DNA of 64,000 nt. Origin: Camelus ferus (taxonomy: Eukaryota). Each line of letters opens with the position of its first letter. The stretch's first letter is position 1. This document shows positions 13,531 through 32,700 of the stretch, piece by piece. Position numbers and translations under genes: made by a program. The stretch lies in the NCBI RefSeq assembly GCF_009834535.1, contig NC_045705.1, positions 70,742,001-70,806,000 of the forward strand. Reading direction: 5' to 3'. The notes beneath the pieces were generated by a model. That model searched no databases and was not told the DNA's origin. It saw only the letters and a list, made by a program, of their open reading frames with translations.

Positions 13531-14587
13531 GGCTGCCAGAGTCAGAGGGAGCAAAGCATCTCAGGTCAGATGGAGGGACAGTACAGACGTTCACGGCCAC
13601 ACTGTGTCTGGTCGCATCAGCATCACTGACTCTCCTGCAGGATCAGAGCGCTTCCTGGGGCCACCTGCTCTGGGATGGGGGTGGGAATCCCTGCAGCCTT
13701 CAGGTCCCCAGAATGTCAGCATCAGGGGGCAAGGTGGGACCTCAGAGCTGCTCCCTGAGGCGGGAGCACCTGGGACGGGGCTGCTTGGCTCTCCCCACCC
13801 CAGGGGGAAGGACGGCCGAGGCCAGCTGCCAGCCTGGGGCAGAGGTGGATGGCCCCTGCTTGGCACGTCTGGAAGGCGGGGCAGTGGAGGGGAGGGAGGT
13901 GCTGGAACAGCCAGGTGAAGCAGAGCCTGGCGCACAGCTGCCCAGAGGTCCAGCTGCTGTGTTCTGGCCCACATGGAGCAGAGCAAGGCTGTCCCCTCCC
14001 GTGTTTTGGCCATTCCACCTCTGCTAATGCAGCCCAGGCCCCAGGGAGGGGGTGGCCTGGCGCGGAGAGCCAGGCTCCCTTCTAGGATGCCAAGGGAGGC
14101 TTGGGATGGTCGAGGTGAGGGATGAGGCGGCCCCTTGCATTCAAGATCCCCGGGCACCCGGAGCAGCAGGACCACAGCCCCTCGCCGCCGTACAGACAGG
14201 TGACTGGGCCCTTGGCCCGTGGCACCAGGGCTGGGGAGGGACACTGGTCTGGCAATTAGACTTGACTGTTGTCAGAACACAGCTGCACAGGCTGCCCAGG
14301 CGGGAGTGACTAATGAGAGCTGAACGTGGCCCTTACTGCTGCTCTCCGGCTAATTTGTCAGAAGACTGAAAGGGCCAGTGAGGGGGCAGGGGGCTGTGGT
14401 CAGGCTGAGTTGCTGGCATGGGGGCGGTGCAGGGGGCCTGGGGGTCCTTCCAGGGACAAAGGGCAAGCAGCCGGAACCTGGGGACTTGGTCATGACCTGG
14501 CGTGAGGCTCTGGAGAGACACAGAGCCAGGGGTCGCCCTGTGTATCGCCCACTGGCTGGGCAGACCTTCTAAGCCCCTGCCACGTGC

Positions 14588-14648
14588 CACACGCACACGC
14601 TTACACACACAAGCACGCATGTGCACACGCGTTCACATGCACACACAG
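14588..14648. repeat. degenerate (CA)n microsatellite
   Basis: cacacgcacacgcttacacacacaagcacgcatgtgcacacgcgttcacatgcacacacag. Confidence 0.7.
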
Positions 14649-17600
14649 ACGAACGAAGCTGCAGGAGGAGGTCCCGACCGTGGGTCCTAAGCCCGGCTGC
14701 GCCCATGGCCCCGGGTGCTCTTGGACGGTTCAGCGCCTCCACCCTGGGCCTCCAGGTGTGGGTGGAGCTGTTCCTCCCCGAGCCTCAGCTCCCTCAGCCC
14801 GAGAGCGGTCGGCTTCCTGCTCCTGGAAGGCACCTGAGCAGTGGGGGGGGGGGTGCTGGGAGATTCGGGGTGCTCTGTGGGTCAAGAGGCATCTGCCACC
14901 TCCTCGCTCGGCCCTCCTCCCAGCGAGCGGCCCATCGCCAGGGGCTTTGGAGACCTCCTGCCGGCCAGGCCTCTGACTCTGAGGCCTCTGTCACCTGCCT
15001 CTCCCCCCCCTTCCTCTGCCTCACTCCCCTCCCCCAACTCCCCCCTCTTGGGTCCCACAGGGCCTCTGGTCACCTGGTTTCCCTCACCTGGAGGGAACAC
15101 CTGCACCCAGTCCCCTTGGCCTCTGCAAATCCCATGGACACTCCCTCCTTCATGGGTGGGGTGGCCTTGCCCCAACGGGCTCTGCCCTAACTTCCATCTC
15201 CGCACAGCAGTGCCCAGCCCAGGCTGCCCCAGGCCCAGCGCCAGACAGACCTCTGTTGAAAGGATCCTAGGATGGGGACCCTTGGGGAAAGCATGGAGAA
15301 CTTCTCCAGAGGCCTGAAAGCACCAACACCTGGTGCCCTGGGACCTGTGCTCCCGCTGTGTGGATGGGAAAACGGAATTTGGGGCACAAGGGGCTAAGCC
15401 AGGACCACTTCCTACCCCCAAAGTTGCCTCCAGCCCTGAACCAGGGGCCTAGCCTCCTGCCAAGGGCAGGTACCACCCACGAGGAGACAGTGCCTGCAGG
15501 AAGGGAGCTCAGAAATGGGGTAAGAGGACGGTCTGCCTGGAGGAGGAGAGGCGACCAGCAGGCTGGAGGGCCTGCTGGAAGGGAGCCAGGAGGGCCCAGG
15601 TGGGAGTGGGTGGGCGGGCACTCTCTGAGGGGGCCGGGGTTGCGTGGCCTGCTCAGCCCATAGCTCTCTCCTGTGGCCCGACTTCCAAACACCCAATTAT
15701 CCCTAAGTGCGTTGGATCGACCGGTGGGGCGGCCAGCTCCGGGCTGGCCCGTCGCTCCCTGCCGCCCACGTCCTCTCCTCCGGTGTCCTCGTTAAGGCTA
15801 ATTGCTCTGACATTTCAGCTCTGACAGGCCAGTGTGTCGGGGCGTCATGGATCTTCCCCCAGCCGGGGGGGGGGGGTGTTGCTGGGCGGCTCTTCCCCTG
15901 CCTGTCCCCAGACCTGGGGTCCCACAGGAAGAGACCTGGGACCCAGGCTGGGTGAGACTGGAGGCGGGTGGCAGGAAGGGCCTCTGTCCCTGACCGCCTG
16001 AGTGTGTGCTCTGTGGGGAGGGGTGGGACATAGGCCTCACTGTCCCCAGAAGCCCCCAGAACCACAGGGGCAGGGGGACAGCCCAGGCAGTGTGACACCT
16101 TTAGTGCCCTCGAGTCCTTGGAGGTGTGTGTGTCACACAGATGGGAGCCTTTCCCAGGGCACATGCCATGCTGGGACACGAAGACCTCCCTGCTCACATG
16201 GTGGAAGCAACCTCTGGCCCCTGGATTGCCAGAACCACCTCCCTTCACCGTCTCACCCTGGGTTTCGACAGTGAGGTCCTGCAGAGTCCTAGGCTGGGGA
16301 CTCCCGGAGCAGCGCCCTGGCTCTGGGGAGGAGGGCAGGACTAGGGGTCCCACAGCCGGCGAGGCCAGTGTTGGGGAGCAGCCGGAGGCCCTGGAAGCTG
16401 AGGAGGGGCAGGTTGAACGCAGTCTGCCCTGCCCGGCCCCTCGCCAGGTGCCGGCCCGATGCCAGGAGTGGGCACACTGTCATTACAGGCTATTAAGTCC
16501 TCTGGAGGCCTCGCCTGTTGAGAGAGAAAACACTGCAGCTCAGCGCCCCCTGACTGCCTGGCGAGGTGGCTGGAAGTCTCAGCGGGCCTGGGAGGGGAGG
16601 GCCGCTCCAGCGAGGGGTGCGGGCAGAGGGGGCGAAGGCGCCTGGCAGGCAGGCAGGTGGGGCCGGCGGGGCCGGCGAGGCCTGGAGCAGGTGGAAGGAC
16701 AGAGGGGCTGGCGGAGCCACGGCCACGTGCCCATCCCGGCTTCCCTTCCCTTCGTGCCCTGCGCTCCCCTGGTCACCCGCCGCCCCTTCCCGCGGTGCTC
16801 AGCCGCTCTCCTCCCCAGCAGACTGTGTCAAGGCCGCAGGGCTCTCTCCTGCCTGACCTTCCCCCAGGGAGGCCCTTCCAGTCCTGTTGGCCTCTGGGGT
16901 CTCTGTCTCCCCAGCATGGGGCTCTGAACCCCCTCAGCCCCTGGGGAGGGACCCCACTGGGTCCTGGAAAGAGCTGTGACTCAGGAGATGGAAACCTGGG
17001 ATCCAAGACTTACTGCGTGATCCCGAGAAATCATGTACCTCCATCTTCCCGTCTGTAGAATGGGCCTATAGCGGCTGCACCTCTCTGAGGGTAGATGCTG
17101 CAATCACCCCAGGAGGCCCAGGCCAGAGGGGACCCATGGGTGGGAAGGAGACCAGGGTGCAGAACCAGGGGAGAGGATGTTGGTGGGGGTGGGCTTTTGG
17201 GGGCCCCCCTGGGTTCCCTCGCCATCTGGGGTGGAGGAGGGTACTGCGCACTGTTGGGGGAGAGTTTAATTTTGTGCTTTCGGGGGCCCCAGGTTTGGGC
17301 CCAGTGCCAGCCAGCCCCGGAGGGGCCGGTGTATGCAAAAGGCTTCCCAGGACGGATGCGCAGATGGACACGTGGTCAGGTGTGGCCCAGAGGCCAGAGG
17401 GGCCAGCTCTCCTGCCCTCAGTGCTGGCCTGCGGTCCCACCTGGGGGCCACCTCGCCCGGGGCAGATCCAGAGAGCTAGCTCCCATGCAGGCGCGCCGGC
17501 TCAGGGAGGCAGAGGGGTTACAGACAGCATTTGCATCAGTGGAGACATTTGCTGAAAGGCTAAACCCACACCGGGCGGTGGAGGCCTGCGCTCCTCCTGT

Positions 17601-19619
17601 GCGGTGTTCAGCGGATAGGTCACCCCCCTGCCCCAGGCCCCCTCTGAGCAAACACGCGGGCCACCACAGGCTGGACCCACGTCATCAAGGGGCCCCCAGC
17701 AGCCCCCCCAGGAGAGGACAAATGACAGCCCTGGGGGGCTCCTGGGGGAGCAGGGAACCTGTCCAGGGCTGCAGCAAGCCGATGCTGGGCGTGGAGGCCG
17801 GGCCACACCTGGGGACCACTGGGGACTCAGGCAGGTTGGCTGCAGCCCAAGGCAGGGCAAGCCCACAGCCCTCCACATCATCCCAGCGCACAGAGCCAGC
17901 CCCACCATCACCACCGCGGTCTTTGGCCGACCCTCTCAGGGCACACATCCCTGTGGACCTCCTCTTGGCCAGGCCCTGGGGGCAGGGACCACGGAGACAT
18001 GTTCTCCAGGAGCCCAGACTCTAGGAGGTGAGATGGGCCAGGGTCTGTGCCAGGCATGGGGATACAGCCGAGGGCCAAGCCAGTTCCTGCCCTCAGGGAA
18101 TTTGCAGAGGAGGACGAAGAATCCAGGAGAGCAGAGGAGGGGGAGGTCGACAACAGGGATGAGAAAGGGTCAGCGCTGCAGAATGAATGGTAGCCGAGCT
18201 GGTTTTGTGGGAGGCATAGGAGTTCACCAGGAGAAGAAGCGGGTGAGGAATGGTATTTCAGTCTGGGTGTCATGGAGCCCCAACCCCTCCTGGAGCAGGA
18301 AGTGGGGATAGTCGGGGGTGAGATCGGGGAGGGGAGGGGAGGGGAGTCACTCAGGCTGCTTCCACAGGGCAATGGGGAGCCATAGAGGACTGAGCAGTGA
18401 GGGGCTGACATGGTCCGATCTCTTGGGGGAAGGTCTGGGAGGAGAAGCGTTGGCTGGCTGCTGTGATGCAGATTAGGTGCTTCCTAGGGGTCTGAGAGGT
18501 GCCGGGGAGGTGGACAGTTGGGGTGGACCTGGAGAGGTGGGGAAGGGGGAGTCCAGGGCCGTGGCTCCTGCTGTGTCCAGTATGTCCCCTGGGGCAGCCA
18601 GACACTAGAAAGCCCACCTCTAGTGGCTGCCACGACACACACACTCCCTCCAGGCAGCCCTCCCTCTCTCCACCCCATCCTTTTCTGGGGGTGCAGAGGA
18701 CGCTGGCCTAGATGGTCCCTGCTGACCCCACAATGCCCAGAGGCACAGGGGGGCGTCCCTTCCAAGAGTTTCCTTTTTTGAGAGAGGAAACCTTCCCCAA
18801 AAGACCTTAGAGATGCTGGTGGCCTCACAGCCAGGATGTCCGCACACCTTTCCCAAAGCCTTGCCTGAAAGCGGGGTGGGCGGTTGGGCGGTTAGACAAG
18901 GCAGGACTCACGCCTGCCTGGCGCTCCCCTGGTCTCCTGGCTGCTTGTGGGGGCCAGGGTGGCACAGCCCAGAGGGAACACTGTGCATGGAACTCAGGAG
19001 AAACTCTTGCCCGGGAGCCCGGTGATGCCAGGGGCCACCTGAAAAAGGGGTGTGGCCTCGGGGACCGGCCCTTGCAGCTCAGGGATAGGTGTGTCCCTGA
19101 GGTGGTGACATCCCGAGAGAGAAGTGGCCAGGTGGCCTGGGGGGCATGCTGGGGGCTAGTGGTGGGCCGCGAGGGGTGGGGGAGCACCTGCGGGGGTGCG
19201 GTTCAGAGGAGACGGCCCCGCAGGAGCTGGGGGGACAGCTGTTAGAGGCGTCCCTGTCCCCACATCCCTGGTCCTCCTCTGCACTGGGGGTTGGGCCCTG
19301 CCGGAACATTCCGGGTCCTGCTAGATGTGCCTGGCGCTCCGGGCACAGGGGCCTCGGGGAGCAGGTAGCGCTCCTCCTGAGAAGGAGCCTTGGGACCCTA
19401 CTGGGAAATTTGGTGACGAATCTTCTGGAAAAGGCAAATTGCCTCCTAACATGTGAGTCTGGATTTCTGGAACAGCTGCTACCAAAGTTCAGGGTTTTGT
19501 GCCACGTGCACCGTGGGGTGCCCAGAATACCACCTCCCTGCGTACTGGCCTGTCACCCCACCGGCAGTGGGCTGAGGGGCCTGGCCGTGCTCAGCCCCGC
19601 ACAGCACGCCCGCCCGAGC

Positions 19620-26696
<7,077 letters not shown>

Positions 26697-26880
26697 GTGC
26701 CGGGCGCCCCCCCGGGTCTCCCGCCTCCCTTTGGTGCTCACAGGGCACCTGAAAGCCTGAGACCCTCCCTGCTCGAGGGGCCTGCTGCGCCCGCTCGCCC
26801 TCCCGCCGCTTCCCAGCTCTGCCTGCAGGTGTCCTTGTGCTGCGTGCCGCGTCCAGCATGTGCTGCCCGTCTGCAACCAC

Positions 26881-26886
26881 AATAAA
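26881..26886 (+). terminator. TH: TH polyadenylation signal AATAAA
   Basis: AATAAA 185 nt after the TH stop codon. Confidence 0.9.
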
Positions 26887-28499
26887 AGAAAAAGCCCCTC
26901 TGAGTACCCACCCCGAGTCGGTGTCAGTATCTGCGCCAGGCTCAGGGCCACAGCCCCTCACACTCTCCCCGCCCTGCTCAGGGTTTCCTCCACTGCCTCC
27001 CCACCTCCGGAGGCCTCCCCGGGCACCAGACAGCAGGCTCCTCCCGGCCTGGGTTACCTGCTCACCCGGAGGACCAGCCCGTGCTGAGCTCTAGCCGCTC
27101 CAGAGGCCCAGGGGGCCTGGCTGAGCGGTTGCGTCTCCGTGGGGTCCCAGCAGGGAGGTGGGGGCCTGGCCCACAGAAGCCCCACCTGCTCTAGGTTTGG
27201 GGGGCAGGGCTCACCCTGGTGGTCTCTGAGGCAGGGCTGCAGGCTGGGCCCTCCCCTCAAGCCCGATGTCCCACTGGGAGGAGGGTGGGGCTGCAGAGGC
27301 CAGTCTGTGAGAGCAGGCAGAGGACCAGGGACCCCAGGTGCAGCCCCCGCCTGCCCGGAGCAGGACCCAGGGCTATTTCTAGATGGGTGCTGGCAGCGGA
27401 CCAGCCGAGCTGGTCCCCAGGTGACATCTCTGGGCCCCAGTCTCCCCAGCAAAGTGGGTGTGGGGCTGGATTCTGGGCTCTGCTTACTCGAGAGGTCTGG
27501 ACATGGTTCTCTACCTAGAGCCCCCCGCATCTTCCAGGGCCTTGGAGAGCGTAGCCTGGGGCTGGCTGGGAGGTGGCTGCCTCCTTACTTCCTGCAACAT
27601 GCGGGCACCAGCCTGTCTTCCCGGCCCTGCTCACTTCCTCCGGCACACCATCATGGCGTGGGCTCTGAGCTCTTAGGATGCCAATCACAGCAAACTCCTG
27701 CTCATCCGTCAAGACCCTCCTGGGCAAAGCCTTCCTTCCCAGCACCCCCGGCAGTCTGTCCTTCCATCAGCTGTACCTTAAGCATCTTGTCTGTGACTAG
27801 CCCTCCTGTACCAACGTCCCTTCTACCTGTGAGGCCCCAAATGGGGCCATGTCTGATGGCTGCAAGCCCCACTGAGTCCCCAGGGAAGGGCTGATGGCCG
27901 GCCTCATCTCCCTCTGGCCCAGCTGACCCCTGGGCTCCAGCCTTCTGCCTTAACACACTTCTCTCAAAGGGACCCTCAGGTATCCCTTGGCTGCAGAGGG
28001 GCCTTGGGGCACCATGATGTCCTGGGAAGGCAGGGCCCAGCCCCTTCCTCAGCAATGGGGGCTGGTAAGCTCCGGTCTCCTTCCAGGTGCCTGTCCAGGG
28101 GGGCGGGGCACCACAGGGGATGCAGTGGGGCTGAGAGCCAGGCTGAAAAGGGCCAGCAGGAAGAGAAGGCAGGGGCTCCAGGAAGAGGGGGCCCGAGAGG
28201 GGCCCTGGGTGGGGCGTGGTGGGGCCCCACTCACCAGTCCTGCGGCCCCTGCACCGAAGACAAGAAATGGGGATCGGATTGGGGGGCCTCACAGCCACTG
28301 GTCCTTGAGTCTAGCCCTCTTGGGAGCTGTGGGGGAGCCGGGGTGGGTGAGGATGGGGCCGTGAGCTGAGGAGACCGTGCCTCACTGCCCCCCGCCCCGG
28401 CCTTGGACCGCCCCAGGGCCTCTCTCCCACCCCACTCCCTGGATCAAGTGCGGAAGAGGCACAAGCGAGGCCGGAGGGGCTGGTCCCTGCAGACGCTGG

Positions 28500-28739
28500 C
28501 CCCCAGCTCCGAGCTGGGGGGCTGGGCCAGCAGGCCCCTCATTAAGGCTCTAATGACGCAGCCTCAGGAGGTGCTGACGGCCACGGAGATGTTCCCGCAC
28601 ACCCAGCATCAAGGAAATGGCCCAGAAACTGCAGCCTCAGCCCCCACCCACCCCCGCCATCTGCCACCCACTTGGAGGCCCTAAGGAGCCAGGAGGGGGC
28701 CGGGGGCTATAAAGCCCGCAGCGCGGCCCAGCAGCCCCC
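28500..28739 (+). promoter_or_regulatory. INS: insulin promoter: A3 (TAAT 28551-28554), CRE2-like TGACGGCC (28575-28582), GG2 GGAAAT (28613-28618), C1/MafA TGCAGCCTCAGCC (28630-28642), E1 GCCATCTG (28656-28663), TATA (28708-28713)
   Basis: Canonical beta-cell elements in the canonical order upstream of INS exon 1. Confidence 0.92.
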
Positions 28740-28781
28740 AGCCCTCTGGATCAGCTGCGTTCCGAGGCTGCCAGCAAGCAG
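28740..28781 (+). other. INS: INS non-coding exon 1
   Basis: agccctctggatcagctgcg...agcaagcag|gtgtgt; 42 nt, starting about 27 nt after the TATA; TSS approximate. Confidence 0.8.
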
Positions 28782-28930
28782 GTGTGTCCCGGAGGGCTCC
28801 GAGCTCTGCTGACCGGCAGCAGGGTGTGGGCCCCTCCTCCTGGAGCCCTCGGGGGTGGGCGCTGGCAGGGGTCCCGGGGGTCCCTGCACGGCCTTAACCC
28901 TGCCCGTCTGCCAGGCCTCGCCCCGCCGCC

Positions 28931-29768
28931 ATGGCCCTGTGGACACGCCTGCTGGCCCTGCTGGCCCTGCTGGCCCTCGGGGCGCCCACCCCTGCCCGGG
29001 CCTTCGCTAACCAGCACCTGTGCGGCTCACACCTGGTGGAGGCGCTGTACCTGGTGTGCGGGGAGCGCGGCTTCTTCTACACGCCCAAGGCCCGCCGGGA
29101 GGTGGAGGACACTCAGGGTGAGACCCCCACTGTCCCCACTGCCCCCCGGCCCCGGATCCCAGCTGGCGCCCAGGGGGCGGTCAGGAGGGGTTTTAAAAAG
29201 GAGAATGATTCCCTCTTGGTCACATCCTCAAGCGGCCAGCTCTTTGGGGGCTGAGCCCTGACAACACCCCAAGGGTGGGCTCGCCGTCCCCTCCACTCCC
29301 ATCTTACCCCTCTCAGCCCCATTCCTTCCTCTCCTCCGACAAGAGCGGCTTCAGGGAGGGGTTTTATGAAGTGAGTCAAGCCCTGGGGGCTGAGGGTCTC
29401 GGGGGTGCCCCATCCTCCTGCCTGCATGCCTGTGGGAGACACCTCACTGCCCTGAGGGGACCCCCACACACACAGCCCGAGGCAGTGGGAGGGGGCTCGG
29501 TCCTGCACAGGCTGCGGGGAGGTGGGTGCGGGTGGGGGTGGGCGGGAGACAGGCCCCGCGACGGGCACAGAGGATGCCCGCCCGTTCAGGGTCCCGCTCC
29601 AGGGCTGGCTGTCTCTCGGCAGTGGGCGGCGTGGAGCTGGGTGGAGGCCCGGGTGCGGGCGGCCTGCAGCCCCTGGGCCCGGAGGGGCGCCCGCAGAAGC
29701 GCGGCATCGTGGAGCAGTGCTGCGCCAGCGTCTGCTCGCTCTACCAGCTGGAGAACTACTGCAACTAG
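28931..29768 (+). CDS. INS: preproinsulin, 110 aa
   Basis: join(28931-29117,29623-29768). Signal [25 protein letters not shown] chain [33 protein letters not shown]-peptide [34 protein letters not shown] chain [21 protein letters not shown]. Confidence 0.99.
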
Positions 29769-32700
29769 GCGGCCGCCCCCGACCCGGCACCCCGGCCCCC
29801 CGCGCCCCCGCTCTGCAATAAACCCCCTGAATGAGCCCTGCTGGTGCCGTCTGTGTGGCCTGGGGGCTGCGGGGCTGGGGGAAGGGGGCGAGGAAGGCTG
29901 GGCCCACCTGCCCAAGACCGTCTTCTGTTCTCTCTGCGCCGGCCCCTCCAACCTTTCTCTACCTGCACGGGCGCCCACGGGCACGTGGGCGGACGGGGAC
30001 GAGGGCCCGCGGCAGTGCCCCCCAAGGAGGCGAGCTCCTGTCCTCAAGGGTCCTGACGCCCCCCTCCCCAGCCCCCATGCCGCACAGGGCGGCTCCGTGG
30101 GCCGCCCGCCCCGCTGCTGCTGGCAGACCCGAGGGCCCCAGGGCTGCCTGGGCTGGCCGTGGCCTGGGAGGTCAGAGGGTGACTTGGCTGTACCAAGGCC
30201 TGGCCAGCCTGCCAGCCACCCAGGCCAAACCAATCTGCACCTTTCCTGAAGACTCCACCCGGGCCAGGCCATGGGGCGGCTGGGCCTGGGGCTGGACGCT
30301 TGGGCCCCGGTGGTGGCAGACCCCTCAGAGGCCAGCCAGGAGGCGAGAGCAGGCTCTCCTGCCGGGGTCCGGCCAGCTGGGCAGCCCTCCCTGCAACCCT
30401 AAGGCTCTCACCCAGGTCCCCATGGCCACATCCACAACCCCCACCCAGGGGAGATGTCACAGGCCCCCCAGCGGGCCCCGCCCCCGGAGTGGAGGCCAGG
30501 GCTGGGCAGGCGGGTGGACGGCCGGACACTGGACCCGGAAGAGGAGGGGAGGAGGTGGCTGGGATGTGCAGCGAGCTGTCCATGGGGTCACCAAGGCGGC
30601 CCCATTTGCACGGGTAGAGGCAGGGGCGCCCCTGCAGGAGCTGAGGTATGTAAGTGCCCAAGGCTGGGCCGGGCGCGGCCAGGACAGGGGAGCTGGTCAG
30701 TCAGTCAGGGTCAGGCTGCCCTCCAGGCATTAAGCCTGTGGTCCTGGCTGGCCCTGTCGGCCTCTGAGACCCTGGGGATGACCCAGGGGTGTCCCCGCCC
30801 CCTCAGGTGCCAACAGGCTCTGCAGAGAGGGACCAGACGTTTGGGGTCCCAGGGTGTGGGGGGCTGTCACAGCCGACAGGGCTCACGGAGCGGCTGGCCC
30901 CACGTGATGCAGGGGCCTGGGGAGTGTCGCCTGAGGGCCTCTCCCTGTGGTGACTTGCGTCTACATGGTGGGGAAGGCAATCCACCCAAGTGCCTGGGCT
31001 GGGGCCTGTCCCCTGTCCCCTCCTGATACCAGCCCCGCCCCAGCTCAGAGATCCAGACCTTCCTCTCAGCCGTTCTCACCAGCCCCTGGGTCCTGGTGAC
31101 TGGTCTTGAACAGGTGGGGTGGGGGGTCTCCATACCCAGCACGGGCGAGCTCATGGAAGGAGGGAGCAGTGGCTGCCCGGGCCACCTGGGCCCCAGGGGC
31201 AAGGGCAGGACCAGACTCTGTTTCCTGCTTGACACCCCCTTGAGGGCCGAACCCCAGGCGCCCCTGCTTCCCAGAGCCTCCACGTCACCCCACGGAAGCC
31301 AGGCGCACAGACCGCGGCTCTGCCGCCCGTCTGGGCCCAGGCTCCGCCCCTTCTGGGGACTAGGAGGGCACGTCTCCCGCGCCCTCAGACCTGGCCTCTC
31401 CTGGGGGTCTGGGTTTCACTCGCCCAGGGGGCTGGCAGTGGCGGTCCAGCTCTGTGTCCCCCTGGCGTGGGCAGTGGGAGTCCAAGTGCCAAGTGCAGCC
31501 CCACATTCATGTCCCACTCACTTGCTCCCAAGCCTGTCCATGCCCCACTGTCACACATGCCACATGGGGTGGGGACAGTAGCACATGTGTTCCTACTGGG
31601 GAGACTGAGGCTGGGTCTGGTGCCAGCCCACTAAGGACATTCTGCCAGTGTAGCTGCCTCCAGGCTGGCTCCCTGGATTGCATCTGGTCCTGGCACAGAT
31701 GAACTGACCCCTCCCTCCCGCCACCTGGCCGTCGGGGCTGTATTTGCCTTCTCCTGTTGGCAGCAAATATTTACTGTCCTCGCTGTTCCCCAGGCCTGAG
31801 CAGATCCTGAGGGGGAATGGGAGATGGACACAAGGATGCTGGAGTGGGACCCCTGCCCTTGAGGGCTTGGTACTTGGCTGGGGCCGGCCTGGAGAAAGGG
31901 AGCCAGGAACCAGTGGCCTGAGCTCCTGGAAAAGGCCCGCTGGTAGAGCCCAGGCCGAGCCCCAGCTGGTGTCTGTGTCCAGCTAGGCTGTGAGTCCCCA
32001 TCCTGGGGGGCTGGCCCCGGACCCAGGCAAGGTGGGGCCGCAGTGCAGGCGGCTTCACTGGGAGGACACCTGTCCATGCCAGGCAAGGTGGTCAGAGCGG
32101 TCATTCACAGAGAGAACCAGCAGAGGGCGCCAAAGCCCAACTTTTGATTCACTCCCTTTTGCTCGGGGCCTGGTGTCCCGGAGGGTGGCCCTCTCTGCAG
32201 GGGTCTGCTGCTGCTGCCTGCGTCCCCTCCTGGCGGCACTCACAGGGCCCGTGGGGGACTGCCCAACACGCCGGCCACCTGGGCCCTGGAGGCCGTGAGG
32301 TTTAGGAAGGCAAGAAGGTGTCCGCGGTCTCAGCACCCCTGTCAAGCCCACACCCTCTCTCACGGGCCCCCGCTTCCTGGTGGAGCAGCTGGACAAACGT
32401 CCCAGGTCCCCAGCATTCTAGGAATGTCTCCAGTGGGAGTCTGACCCTCTAGGCCCAGAATCGGAGACCTGGGGCGGGGGTCCTCGGGACGGCCCCCTCC
32501 AGCACCCACATTACAGCTGAGCAGTGCCCAGCCGGGGCCTTGCTGAGGGTGTCCGGGACCTGCGCTGGGTGTCACTGTCCCTCCCTCTGCTTGTGGCCGC
32601 CGTGGCCACTCTAGCCACAGGGCTCAGATGAGGTGGGGGCTTCGGGGGCGGGAACCCTGGGCCCAGGAGGCGTCAGGTGGGGGTCCGGCGGGGTCAAGGT

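Noticed and set aside
14710-14740. REST/NRSE site upstream of TH
   Set aside because: Only a partial half-site (ttcagcgcc); the second half is missing at the right spacing.
72-19600. Many 100-370 aa ORFs upstream of TH (e.g. 3540-4655, 1203-2045, 17095-18024)
   Set aside because: They are P/G/R/A-rich, overlap in all frames and show no recognisable domain or splice-supported structure, as expected by chance in about 65% GC DNA.
27900-28500. Insulin VNTR (ILPR)
   Set aside because: No ACAGGGGTGTGGGG-type tandem array is present; the element is primate-specific.
29684-29702. Furin site at the proinsulin C/A junction (GRPQKR)
   Set aside because: The Arg is at P5, not P4, so it does not fit R-X-K/R-R.
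30900-32320. IGF2 P1 promoter and exon 1
   Set aside because: It is expected here (GC box about 31343, FOXA-like gcaaatatttac about 31763, possible donor about 32294), but I could not fix its boundaries from sequence alone.
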